Below are positions 8,777 to 19,266 of a stretch of 64,000 nt of DNA, piece by piece. Location: the NCBI GenBank assembly GCA_000004985.1, contig GG738868.1; one strand, given 5' to 3'. The notes below the pieces were generated by a model that had not been told where the DNA came from, searched no databases, and worked only from the letters and a program-made list of their open reading frames with translations. The first letter of the stretch is position 1; every line of letters starts with the position of its first letter. This stretch comes from Naegleria gruberi (Eukaryota). Both the position numbers and the translations under genes were made by a program.

Positions 8777-11700
8777 TTAATAATAATGTTTTGCAGTAAG
8801 ACAAACATATAAAGGTCTTTCAGGGTCTGCGTATTGTCTCCAACCGAAATAGACTCTATTTTGATTTCTGTGCAATCTTGAAATTTTGTTTGGATATAAT
8901 GGATGGTTTTCAGTGTAGGTATGAGTCCAATTGTCAAAATTAATCTTTTCTGTTGCTGAAATCCAAAATTCATAACTTTGTCCATAGAAAACACACTTTC
9001 TAAATGCTTGTTCGATCAAATTAGACTGCTCAGGAGCATACTTTTCGAATAATGTCTCTGCATCACGAGTGTTATTGCCGTGGAGTGACAAATCTATTGA
9101 AATGTAGTTTTCCTTAGTTGGGTTTGATGGCATTTCCTGTACTGATTTGAACCATAAAGCTTGATAGGTATGCTCTTTCAGAAGTGGTAAGCGTTCTGGT
9201 GGTACCTTTTGATAGGCGTCTTGATAAAAGTTCAAATCTGTTGGATGAAAACTTCCAATTTGTGTTCCTGGATCCACTTGTAAGAATTCAATTTTTTGTG
9301 GAGCTGTTGATTCTTGAACTGTGTTATTGAGAATAGACTCCATATTATTAAGAGAGTAAATGAAATACGGTTTCCAATTAGCTTCACGACTTGATTTAAT
9401 CTCTATATCGACTTGAGGCAATCTGGAATCTTTCAGTAATTGAGTGTTGTGACGAACATTTTCTCTTATTTTTCTCTCATTGTTATATGATCTTCTCCAT
9501 CTTGACCCTCTGCTGTTAGTCTCTTTATCAACTACAACCTCGGTGGTTGGACCTTTTCTATTGTGTATATTTTCTGTCACTGTTTTAGCTTTGTTTAACA
9601 TGTTAAAAATAGTTGCCGGTGGATATCTATTATTTTTGATAATTCCCAAATCTAAATAATCAGATTTTGGATTAATTTCTCCACCTAAAATCATGGCTTT
9701 TCTTTCTTCTTTTTGTTGAGCTGTTCTAGAAGGGGTGTCATAGTTTGCCAAAATATATTTTGGATTTTTGGCACGACAAGAAAAGTCATAAGCAAGCAAA
9801 CGAGCCAATCCGTGCATTAAATGCTCCATACTGGAAAATAATAATCTTCTTGGGTATTGAAGAAGTTGATTTTTAACCTTTTCTGGATTAAAACCTGGAA
9901 TGGCTACGCTAAATCCCCTTCTACTATATTTGTACAATCTATACTCGTAGGTAGTTGACTGACGATCAACATCTACCAAGTTAACTTGATGAGTGAGTGA
10001 TCTAATACATCTAGGACTAGCCCAAACTTGATTTCCATCATATCCAATACACGCACAATCTATATCAAAACCTAAAATTACTTCAGCTGGTGATTTGTAA
10101 ATACGAAGAACAACTTGAATTGGTCTAATATGATATCCATAAAAAGTTACTGCATATTTTGTTCTTACTACCAAAATATCATTATTAACAATTGTCTTTT
10201 GTTTTTTGAAAACCTTATCAGATACTTCCAGTAGATTAGGTTCCGAATCTTGAAGAATGATTTTGGACATATTTTCCTTGATAACATTATAGATATGAAT
10301 CAACTTCTCTTCAGCTTCAGCTTCTGTCATTCCATAGAGGAAGAGATCAATATCTGACTTTTTGAATGAATAAGGAATGGGTGGTTCAGGTACAGCCCTA
10401 CAATCGGTAGTGTTTGTAATAGTAGACTCAATACCAGGATGAATTCTCTTATTATGCATTCTGGTATCATATCCTCTGCTATAACTATAAGCTATTGAGT
10501 TTCCGACAGACTCAGTTACTTTGTATTCAGAAAGGTCATATAAACCACTGTGATCAAATGTTGGAGTTTCTCTCTTCCAATATCCAAAATCGCTTGGGTC
10601 ATCTTCATCATCCTCATTTTCGATCAATGAAATTTTCTTTTCCATTTCTTTCTTTTCCATGTAAGACGTTGGGTATAATCCAGATACTGGTGTTATTGAA
10701 TCATAGTCTGGTATTTCCTTCAAGCAGCACCCCAATACACCACCACCTGCTGCAAACACGCCTGTCCAGTCCAGTCCCTCCAAAGTTGACTGTGTGAATT
10801 TGTAAAAGTTAGACTTGAAAGTTTCAATTCTATCAACAAGATTAGGAATAGTACACTGTCTAGAGTAGGTAGTTTTGTCAGAGAGATCTAATATTTTAGG
10901 ACAGTCATTAAAATTGATTGGATAGAGAGTTTTTGAATTGATTTGTTGAATACTGTCAAAGAGTGGAGAAAGTAACAAGTATGGATTATCTAACAATGGT
11001 GAATCTCTTTCCTTAGCAAAAAGAACTCTGAGTTTGTCCTCTTTTTCCTTCAGTTCAATATTTTCTTTTCCAAGTAATTCTACAGGATATCTAAGAGGTG
11101 ATATATACTCGCTTATCATAGTATTGATTCCATAGAACTGTGCTTCTTTTTCCAATTGTAATGTTTGCTCATTTGACAATTTTGAAGGAAAATGATTGAA
11201 TTTACCACCGGAAATCAAATATCCATATATAAGAGAAAATAATCTTGGATTTCTATCAATAAAAATAGAGTCATTCTTGTTTTCTCTAAAGCTATTAGAA
11301 TTAATGAACTTGGTAATAATGCAATTTGGATGATTTGCCAAATGTTTAATAGGTAATTCAAATACCTCTCCTCCCACATTAATTCTCACACATAAATTCT
11401 CATCCTTTGTGGAAACAAGACTCTTGTACTTTTCTGTGAGTTCTTTTGATATTTTTGAAATTTCCAACTTAGATTTCGTAATGCTTTCTTCCATTTTCTT
11501 TGTTGTTTGATTAATTTTCTCTGTATTGTATTGGAAAGGAGATACTTTTTTAGTTTCAGCATTATCATATGGTGTTGGAAGTAAATAATTTGAGAATAGA
11601 GATTCATTTCTATGATATTTGTGAATTAAAAACATAATGTACTCTGACAACTTTTCAGTAAGGAAATACTTGGATTCTTCTAAAATTAACTCCAATTGAT

Positions 11701-12259
11701 TAAGTTGTAATTTTTCAATACCAAGAGTTTTCACCTTACCACCCTGTCTCAAGTGTTCCAATATGTATTCAAAGTAATCTGGATTTCTGTCAGGAATCGA
11801 AATTGCTGACTTGTTCTCAACCTTTTCAATACCAAACCCACTTTCAAACATGACTTTGAAAAAGTTATCCTGTGGTTCAACAAACTCCAATAGATAAGGA
11901 ACAGACTCTGGATTTTGTGTCATTGTGGCACGTTCTCCAAGTAATGTCTTTTTAGTTGTGGTAAAGTACTTTCCACCAACCAAAAGTTCCACAACTTCAT
12001 CATCTTGCATTTGATGAAGAATGTTCATATTATTATCCTGATCTGATGAGGTTTTTGATTTTGCACCATCATCATCATGTTCTGCAGCTTCACGAGATAA
12101 CAATTTGGAGAGTAATTGTTCAGTCTGTTGCTGAATGGTGAGGTTATTCATGGCATCCGATAATTGATCAAGATGTTTTCCTGTCATTTCATCGAGAGGT
12201 GTTGATTCATCCTCTTCCTTCCTCTTCTTTGATTGATGTTGTTGATCTTCATCGGTCAT
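8777..12259 (-). CDS. Large (1160 aa) protein with two BTB/POZ-like (K+ channel tetramerisation/KCTD-like) domains and an uncharacterised C-terminal region
   Basis: ATG at 12259. T1/BTB_2-like motifs VVELLVGGKYFTTTKKTLLGE and VRINVGGEVFELPIKHLANHPNCIITKF. Conserved-looking C-terminal block GFDIDCACIGYDGNQVWASPRCIRSLTHQVNLVDVDRQSTTYEYRLYKYSRRGF of unknown family. Confidence 0.55.
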   Translation of the reverse strand: MTDEDQQHQSKKRKEEDESTPLDEMTGKHLDQLSDAMNNLTIQQQTEQLLSKLLSREAAEHDDDGAKSKTSSDQDNNMNILHQMQDDEVVELLVGGKYFTTTKKTLLGERATMTQNPESVPYLLEFVEPQDNFFKVMFESGFGIEKVENKSAISIPDRNPDYFEYILEHLRQGGKVKTLGIEKLQLNQLELILEESKYFLTEKLSEYIMFLIHKYHRNESLFSNYLLPTPYDNAETKKVSPFQYNTEKINQTTKKMEESITKSKLEISKISKELTEKYKSLVSTKDENLCVRINVGGEVFELPIKHLANHPNCIITKFINSNSFRENKNDSIFIDRNPRLFSLIYGYLISGGKFNHFPSKLSNEQTLQLEKEAQFYGINTMISEYISPLRYPVELLGKENIELKEKEDKLRVLFAKERDSPLLDNPYLLLSPLFDSIQQINSKTLYPINFNDCPKILDLSDKTTYSRQCTIPNLVDRIETFKSNFYKFTQSTLEGLDWTGVFAAGGGVLGCCLKEIPDYDSITPVSGLYPTSYMEKKEMEKKISLIENEDDEDDPSDFGYWKRETPTFDHSGLYDLSEYKVTESVGNSIAYSYSRGYDTRMHNKRIHPGIESTITNTTDCRAVPEPPIPYSFKKSDIDLFLYGMTEAEAEEKLIHIYNVIKENMSKIILQDSEPNLLEVSDKVFKKQKTIVNNDILVVRTKYAVTFYGYHIRPIQVVLRIYKSPAEVILGFDIDCACIGYDGNQVWASPRCIRSLTHQVNLVDVDRQSTTYEYRLYKYSRRGFSVAIPGFNPEKVKNQLLQYPRRLLFSSMEHLMHGLARLLAYDFSCRAKNPKYILANYDTPSRTAQQKEERKAMILGGEINPKSDYLDLGIIKNNRYPPATIFNMLNKAKTVTENIHNRKGPTTEVVVDKETNSRGSRWRRSYNNERKIRENVRHNTQLLKDSRLPQVDIEIKSSREANWKPYFIYSLNNMESILNNTVQESTAPQKIEFLQVDPGTQIGSFHPTDLNFYQDAYQKVPPERLPLLKEHTYQALWFKSVQEMPSNPTKENYISIDLSLHGNNTRDAETLFEKYAPEQSNLIEQAFRKCVFYGQSYEFWISATEKINFDNWTHTYTENHPLYPNKISRLHRNQNRVYFGWRQYADPERPLYVCLTAKHYY

Positions 12260-12852
12260 TATTGTGTATTTTTTTAATGTGGTTTATCCACCAAAGAGAA
12301 GAAATTGTTAAACATTGAATATTGTGTTTCAATATTGGGTTGACTTTCACTGTGTAGGAAGCATTATGGGTGAAGGTTGAAGGAGGTGATAATAAATCCA
12401 TTTCAAGTTGAATTGACGCAAGTTTCCAAAAATTCTTCAATAAAATAATTGACTCGTTAGTTTCGTTTAATTCGTTTTCAACAATATTTATTGTCTTCAC
12501 TTTCCCAAGAGTAGAATGTTCAAGAGTCATCATTTCTTTGAATGAGGCTTCCTGTAACATTTGAATAAGTATAGACAATTCTCTAGTTCTTACTAAAGAG
12601 TTTGTCCCAAAGTCCGTTCCATGAAGAGGAACGAGTGAGTGTTTTGTTAGAATCATCAGAGAGTGGAGAGATTGAGCCATTTAAATGATGTGGGTGATAA
12701 AAATGATCTTTACCATAGTTCTTTACAGCGTGAATATCTTTGCAGAGAGAAACCTGAATATAAACCATTACTCTTCCTTCTCGGATTTTGTGTTTTGTGT
12801 TTGAATAGATACTAGTGAGGTAAAGCTCGCTTGTTTTTTTGTTTGGTTTCAT
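12249..12852 (-). CDS. Candidate small 2-exon gene: exon 1 12852..12714, 121-nt intron 12713..12593 (GTAAAG...CTCTTTAG), exon 2 12592..12249; function unknown
   Basis: ATG at 12852. Two ORFs of 89 and 143 codons in different frames are joined in frame by a canonical GT..AG intron. No homolog recognised. Its stop (12249-12251) lies 8 nt inside the downstream same-strand gene (ATG 12259-12257), which is unusual, so the model is tentative. Confidence 0.3.
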
Positions 12853-13743
12853 AACGAATGTCGATCACTTCAACGCAATAAAGCAATCTCGTTTATTTTC
12901 TTTCTGGCTATTTTTCCAAAACCGTACTATCATCACATTTTAATCGAGGGCGTAACTTGGAATTTCTAGGGTTTTGTTAGAGTTTTGTAAAGACGATTTC
13001 AATTTTATTGGTCTGTGACTTGTTGTAGTGGCAAAAACGCGAATTTTTAGTTGGACCACAGGCAAATTGTATTAAGTGGCTAATGAAGCGTCCATTTAAT
13101 GTAGGAACAATGAAAAATATTTGGTTCATTGCCGTTATGTGTAAACATACTATCAAGCGAAAATTCTTGGTAGAACTTGTAGGTACTTGAAGTCCAACCA
13201 GTATTGAAAATAGATTTTCGATAAGGAATAACAATGAAAAAACGTTAAAGAGTTAATAAGAGAAATGAGTATTAATAGGATTTTGAGAATTGGAAGACTT
13301 ATCTATTATTGAAATTGTTCAATGCCTTTCAATGTTATTATTAATAGATATGGTTTTGATTCAAATTGAATCATTTTCTTCTTTTGTGTGCATCTACAGA
13401 AATATTACAAAGTTTGATATTAATTTTGGATTTACAGAAGTTGTAAACACAATGCCAGATCCTTAAAGGAAATTGTTAGACAAAACCTTGATACAGACCC
13501 AACAATGAAGCAAATATCTCGAACAATATTCTTTAAAAACATGTGGTTATTCCAAGTTTTCTAATATCAAATGAAGTCTATGAATTCGGAAATAAAACTT
13601 TATGCGTTACTTTGAAAATCATTAATAAACAAGGATGTAGACTCAATTAACATGGATAATACGCCAATTATTTGCATTGTATGCAGTTCAAACTGAGTTA
13701 ATCAAGAAAGTGCTAATTTACTTTAGAATAATGATTGTTTTAT

Positions 13744-15681
13744 TTAAACCTTATCCTTATAGTACAAACATGGTTGTTTGGAACGAGAGAACCAACCATT
13801 ACCATTTCTACATGATGTATCAGCATGGTTGATATTACCACTGTAGAAGTCAGAGCTTTGAAGAGCAGTGAATGTTCCAGTACAAATGGATGAACAACTA
13901 GAACTTTCCAACAAACCATCATTTGGATTACTGATATCAGTAGTTTCAGCCAAGGCAGTCAAGATAAGTGAATATCTTGAAAGGATACCAATTGGTGAAG
14001 TACCACACATTCTACCAGCTGGTCTATAAGTACGTGAAAGGTTGCTGGTATAGAGTTGAGTAGTTTTAACACCACCCTTTGCATAATTCTTGGAGAGAGA
14101 CAAATAACCTGGATATGGTTTACCAGTAGCTGGATCACAATAACCATATTCAGTGGCCAAATAACCATAGTAATAGTCCTTGCTTAAGAGATTGGTTGGA
14201 TTCTTATAGGCAGAACAATAAGCAGTTAATCTATCAATCATTTCAGCACCTTCAAATGGAGTAGAAATAGAATACCAACTTGAAGTACTATCGAGGGCAC
14301 ATTTCTTATTATTCAAAGCAGCTGACATAACAAGACCACCTTGAGAGTGAGTGAAAATCACAACATTCTTCAAATATGGAACACCTCTAACAGTTTGATT
14401 GACACCAGATTCTTTAACGGCCAAATCACAATAGTACTTTTGGAGAGAAGCATCATCCCAACCAATAGTCTTGGTATTTCTGATAGCAAAAACTCTCTTC
14501 TTACATTGTGGAGTCCAGTTTTCGACATCTCCCCAATATGAAGCATAATGATCATATTTTGGAGCTTGATCATAAGGACCACCTGCACCATGAATAAAGA
14601 TACAAGTCTTGGTTGGTTTAGTTGAACTGGAGCTCAAATAAGAAGCACACTTGGCACCATCAGCCAAATAAGATAAAGTACAACTTTCAGCTCTACTTTC
14701 AAACCAGAAAGTAGGTCTAGAAACACCCTTTTCAAGAGCCTTCTTATTGTCCAAACTATCAGACAATAATTCAGCAAAGTATCTATTACCCAAAGTATCA
14801 GCCAAACGAGCATCGAACTTATCCAAAGCCAAACATCTCTTTGAAACTTGTAAATATTTACCTTTACCCATTGATTTGCCAACTTTGATAACCAAATTTC
14901 TTGTAATGAAAATATTTGGTGAGTTATTTTGTTGTTTAGCTGGTTTCTTAGCACATGAAACAATAGATTCATCACCAATTAAGAAAGCATCAACTCTACT
15001 CACACCATTAGCAGTGGTACATAATGTATTAATGGCAGAATCATACTTGGTGGTACTTGTAGCAAAGTTGTAAACCTTTTGTTCACCAGCCAAGAGAGCA
15101 CTGGCAAATTGAGAAACTTTAGTCAAGAGAGTTGAATTCTTTGGAATGAAATTCAAAGTGAAACAAAATCTATTTTGTCTGACATCAACTCTAAGAGTGG
15201 AAATTGTTGGTGTAGCTCTAAAGTGATAGGAAATTTCATTGCTATTTACATCAATAATCAACCATTGTGGTTTTGGATTGGCATGGATCTGTAAGAGACC
15301 CTTGTATGTCTTCTTTTCACCAGTTCTCTCAGTGAGAGCAAAGGCGAAACCATTAGTATCACCAATGGCTACAGTTGAGGCATTCTTACCTGGGAGATAG
15401 GACCACAAACCAGGGAATAATTGTTTCAAATTTTGAATGGTAGTGGAAGTTGAAATGGATGTAGTAGTTGAGGAAAGTGAGTCATCGGTAGTGGATAATG
15501 TATTAGTTTCGGTTGGTTGATTATTCGAAGCGGTTGTCTTGACAGCCAAAGTTATTGAAGCCATGCAAAATGTGCTACTGAACAATAAAATCATCATGAT
15601 AACGGCCATTGAAGCCATTCCAATATTATTATTTCTTGCAGAGTTCATACTTGAACCTCCACATTTCAAGTTGTTAGCCAT
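13744..15681 (-). CDS. Secreted alpha/beta-hydrolase, lipase-like (signal peptide/anchor; GHSQGG-type nucleophile elbow)
   Basis: ATG at 15681. Hydrophobic N-terminus (MAVIMMILLFSSTFCMASITLA). Thr/Ser-rich linker. Lipase/PGAP1-like core motifs IFIHGAGGP and VIFTHSQGGLV (GxSxG). Many Cys residues (disulfide-rich, extracellular). Confidence 0.6.
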   Translation of the reverse strand: MANNLKCGGSSMNSARNNNIGMASMAVIMMILLFSSTFCMASITLAVKTTASNNQPTETNTLSTTDDSLSSTTTSISTSTTIQNLKQLFPGLWSYLPGKNASTVAIGDTNGFAFALTERTGEKKTYKGLLQIHANPKPQWLIIDVNSNEISYHFRATPTISTLRVDVRQNRFCFTLNFIPKNSTLLTKVSQFASALLAGEQKVYNFATSTTKYDSAINTLCTTANGVSRVDAFLIGDESIVSCAKKPAKQQNNSPNIFITRNLVIKVGKSMGKGKYLQVSKRCLALDKFDARLADTLGNRYFAELLSDSLDNKKALEKGVSRPTFWFESRAESCTLSYLADGAKCASYLSSSSTKPTKTCIFIHGAGGPYDQAPKYDHYASYWGDVENWTPQCKKRVFAIRNTKTIGWDDASLQKYYCDLAVKESGVNQTVRGVPYLKNVVIFTHSQGGLVMSAALNNKKCALDSTSSWYSISTPFEGAEMIDRLTAYCSAYKNPTNLLSKDYYYGYLATEYGYCDPATGKPYPGYLSLSKNYAKGGVKTTQLYTSNLSRTYRPAGRMCGTSPIGILSRYSLILTALAETTDISNPNDGLLESSSCSSICTGTFTALQSSDFYSGNINHADTSCRNGNGWFSRSKQPCLYYKDKV

Positions 15682-16240
15682 TTCTCTATTTAAAAAATTA
15701 GCTAATGGTTATTAATGTACAATGAGTGTTGGTTGTTTTTTTGTTATTGTGATATTTTCTTGCTGAACCACCTGCCGCGACTTTATTGTATTGGTTAGAT
15801 ATTCATATTCATGGTGCGTTACGTTTGTTGAACAGACGTTGACTGGGCTTGGTAATAAAACACTAGGATTGGTTGGGTGGTTACTAATGGAGAAGTCTGC
15901 GTTCAAAAATGGTGAGATACCGGTTTGATTCTTATGTAAAAAGTACCCTACATTTGTAATGTAAATTTGCGAACAAGCCGTAGTCAATTAGCAAAATTGT
16001 ATTACTTTTGAGTTTGTTTGGTAATGTACAGATTCATGTTTGTTTACAATGGCTTCGTCATGTATTAAGTTCGTAAGATTATTTGTAAATATTATATTTA
16101 AATATTCATTAAATGTTGGCTGAAAGCATGCCCTCATATCAACCATGAAGGAACTTTGATAAGCTCCATAACTTTGGGAAGGACAGTAACATATCGGTTT
16201 AGATACTGAATTTAGCATTGTAATGTAAACGAAAAGGATA

Positions 16241-19195
16241 TTAAAGAGAGAGCAGGCAATTAGTAAATTCAACGTCAATAATTTCGTTTTGAAAAGCTTG
16301 AGTAATGGTATTTGTTAAATCTGTTGCCAGAGTTAATCTATCCTTATCAATTACGTCTTCATTACTCGGTTCTTTTACCAATAACTTTCGAATAAATTTG
16401 ATCAATTGTCTAGCAGATATTAAATCCAAATTATCAGCGTATGCTTTCAACATCTGTACAATAATTTCAACAAATAAATTAGCAACTTCAGGATCTGAAT
16501 AAAAATCATCAGAATTTTCCTCGTACCAATCAGTGATAATTTCTTTAACGTAAGTCATGTCTTCTAAATGGATAGAATTAAATAAATACGGGAAGGTGAC
16601 TTCCTCAACAGTGCTGTCAATATCTCCATTATTTTCGCTTTCCTCTTTGTGTTTTTCCTTCTCTTTTTGTTCCTGTTGCTTCTTTTTCCAAGTTAGATCC
16701 TTAATTATATCTCTTTTAATATCCCAAGGCATTTCTTCAATGAACGAAAATGATATTGGTTCGTTTAGACCTCCCTTAGCCAACTTGAGTTGTTTTAGAA
16801 TAAATCAATCATTAAAAAACATACATTTTCCAATTCACAAAATTCATCCAGTCTGAAGGCATGTTTTTCCTTCTTTTTTTGTTGAGCTGATTTCTTTTCT
16901 GTAATAATTGTAGTTTTAGTTGAGGAATGGCTTCGTACTAGCATTGTAGAATCTTCATTGTCAATAATATCCTCATTCTGGCTATTTAAAACTTCTATTT
17001 GTTGCTCTTCTAATTGCTGCGCATCCTTTTTAAGGTATTTGGTCAAGGAGGAATTGTTATTATTGCGAGTAACATTCAATTTTTGAATTTGAATCGCTAT
17101 CCCTCTCAAATCTTCAGCTTCTATCTACGAATATTAACAATTAACAAAGTTGGACTCAACTTACAGATAACTGGTTGTATAAATCTTTCACTTTTCTTGA
17201 AATTAAATCACTGTCATCAGTAAAGTAAGGAACAGTACACGATTTCGAAAAATTATCACAAATACCATGTCCTAAATATTTTTTTGCTTCTGGGGCTTCA
17301 TCTTTGCGCTTCTTGACTTTTAGAACTATTGCTTTACCCTTAACATTTTCATTTTTCAATCTGCTTGTCACTTCTATTGAGAGCTTGTCAATAAATTCAG
17401 ATACTTGAGCCATTTTAGTGAATCTGATTCCGTAATTAACTTCCACGCCAACTGACTTTCTTCCAGTATCATCAAAGAATGGTCTCTTGTCTATTCCTCT
17501 AAGAAAATTGTACAAAGTTTCTCCTTTCTTCTCACCTACTAATTCTTTCAATTCAGTTTTGGAGTAACTCAATAACTGAGAACATTTAGTGATGCTCATC
17601 TGATTAAAAAACTTTTTAGTTTTCCAACCAACTGAGGGTATTTCTTCGATGTTTAAATTTTCTATAAAACTAACAGCCTCTTTGGCATCAAGATAGAATT
17701 GCCCATTTGGTTTTGCCTTTTTAGTTGCAATTCTGGCTAAGAGTTGGTTTGTTGACATTCCAGCAGAAGCTGTACATTTTGTTTCCCTCTCTATTTCATT
17801 TCTAATTTTTGAAACTAACTCATTCAATTCTTCCACAGTATTATTTTTCAACTCATTTGTAATTTCAATGAAGGCTTCATCTATGGAAATAATTTTAACT
17901 CTTTCACAATGACTGTTCAAAATTTCATCAATTTTGGATGCAGCCTCATTATACTTTTCAAATTCGTAAGGAACAACAATGAGATCTGGACACAATTCTC
18001 TGGCCTGTTTCATCCACATTCCTGCTCTCACTCCAAAGTCTCTTGCACAATAGTTTGCTGAAGAAATGTCACCTGTTCCATCAGTTGAATATGATACTGC
18101 AATAGGTTTGTTCTTCAGTGATGGATTATCTCTCATGGCTATTGATGCAAAGAAGCAGTCCATATCAATATGTACAACAAATACCCCTTTCTTATCAGCT
18201 GTTGAACTAGTTGGATTTTTGCTTCTTTGCTTGTTTTTCCAGGTACTAATAAAGTGTAATCTACTACTTTTCATATAATTGCCAATAAAATTGGGATCTG
18301 ATGCAGCACTCTTTGCCATTAAATCTTTTAAAGGTCTAGACTCTTCAACACTCTGATTCTTTTCAGATATCATAAAAGTTGTAGAATTGACTATTGGTGC
18401 TCTTCTTTCTGGAATTATAAATTGTTGTCTATTGAAATTGTTATTCGTCTCTATTGGAAGAGGTGTAATATTATTCTGAATTGTTGGTGGGGTACTGGAT
18501 GTATTTGATTTCTTCTTAATTCTCAATGTTGATTTTCCAACTGGAGTTGACGAGGGAGAAAGAGCAAAATTATAATCTTCTTTGTTTTTAGTTTGATTTG
18601 ATGTTGATGAAGAGCAAGCTTTTGAATTTTCTATTGAATTAGAGGAGTTTGATTCAGATGAAATAAATTTTTGTTGATTATTCCTATTCACAGTTGTGAA
18701 TGAACGCATATCCTTGTGTTGAACAGTATTTCTCGAATTATCCACAATTAAATAATCTTTTACAGAGAGTAAAACTCCTGACTTTACACAATCCATAATC
18801 CACCTCGGATGAACAATATGGGGAGGGTTCCTTCGTTTGACCAATTCCTTTAATTTTGAATGTGCTAATTGACATGCCAACAGATGAGTGACAGTACTAT
18901 CAAAATATTGTCGATATGATCCTCCGTGTTTCGTAATTAATCCAATTAAAATTACAGAAGATGGTTCCGTATGACCATCTATATTCATAATTAACCCTTC
19001 AAAAAACATTGGAATATCGCTCTTCTCTGTTGATGAGCCCTTTTTGTATTGATTTGATGATGCAGCAGATCCTGGTCCTTGCCATTGTTCATCTAACTTT
19101 TTCTTTTTCACTTTGAAATAATGATCCCTATCTGTCCAACCCTCATCTTCTATTATGGAATGTTTCTTATTGTTAGTATTTGATGATTCCGACAT
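16241..19195 (-). CDS. REV1: DNA repair protein REV1 (BRCT + Y-family polymerase + C-terminal four-helix-bundle domain), 3 exons: 19195..17165, 17124..16825, 16783..16241
   Basis: ATG at 19195. N-terminal BRCT (..IMNIDGHTEPSSVILIGLITKHGGSYRQYFDSTVTHLLACQLAHSKLKEL..). Y-family/IMS catalytic core: VFVVHIDMDCFFASIAMRDNPSLKNKPIAVSYS...ISSANYCARDFGVRAGMWMKQARELCPDLIVVPYEFEKYNEAASKIDEILNSHCERVKIISIDEAFIEIT. Track ORF ends at 17156, but a GTAAGT donor sits right after ..YNQLS (intron 17164..17125, 40 nt). A second 41-nt intron (16824..16784; GTATGT..CTCAAG) joins ORFs 16795..17109 and 16241..16783. The final exon resembles the REV1 C-terminal domain (VKEIITDWYEEN..PEVANLFVEIIVQMLKAYADNLDLISARQLIKFIRKLL versus human VKTLLREWITTISDPMEEDILQVVKYCTDLIEEKDLEKLDLVIKYMKRLM). 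Confidence 0.75.
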
Positions 19196-19266
19196 GATGA
19201 TTTGTTAGCTTTTCATCTTGGTATTTTTTTTAAAAGTTCTATCGTTGAGTGGAAGAGTAAAAAGTT

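Noticed and set aside
12583-12852. Resemblance of the 12249..12852 product to TRAPP/longin-type small subunits (Sedlin/TRAPPC2L, AP sigma)
   Set aside because: Only vague pattern similarity when compared from memory. Not enough to name.
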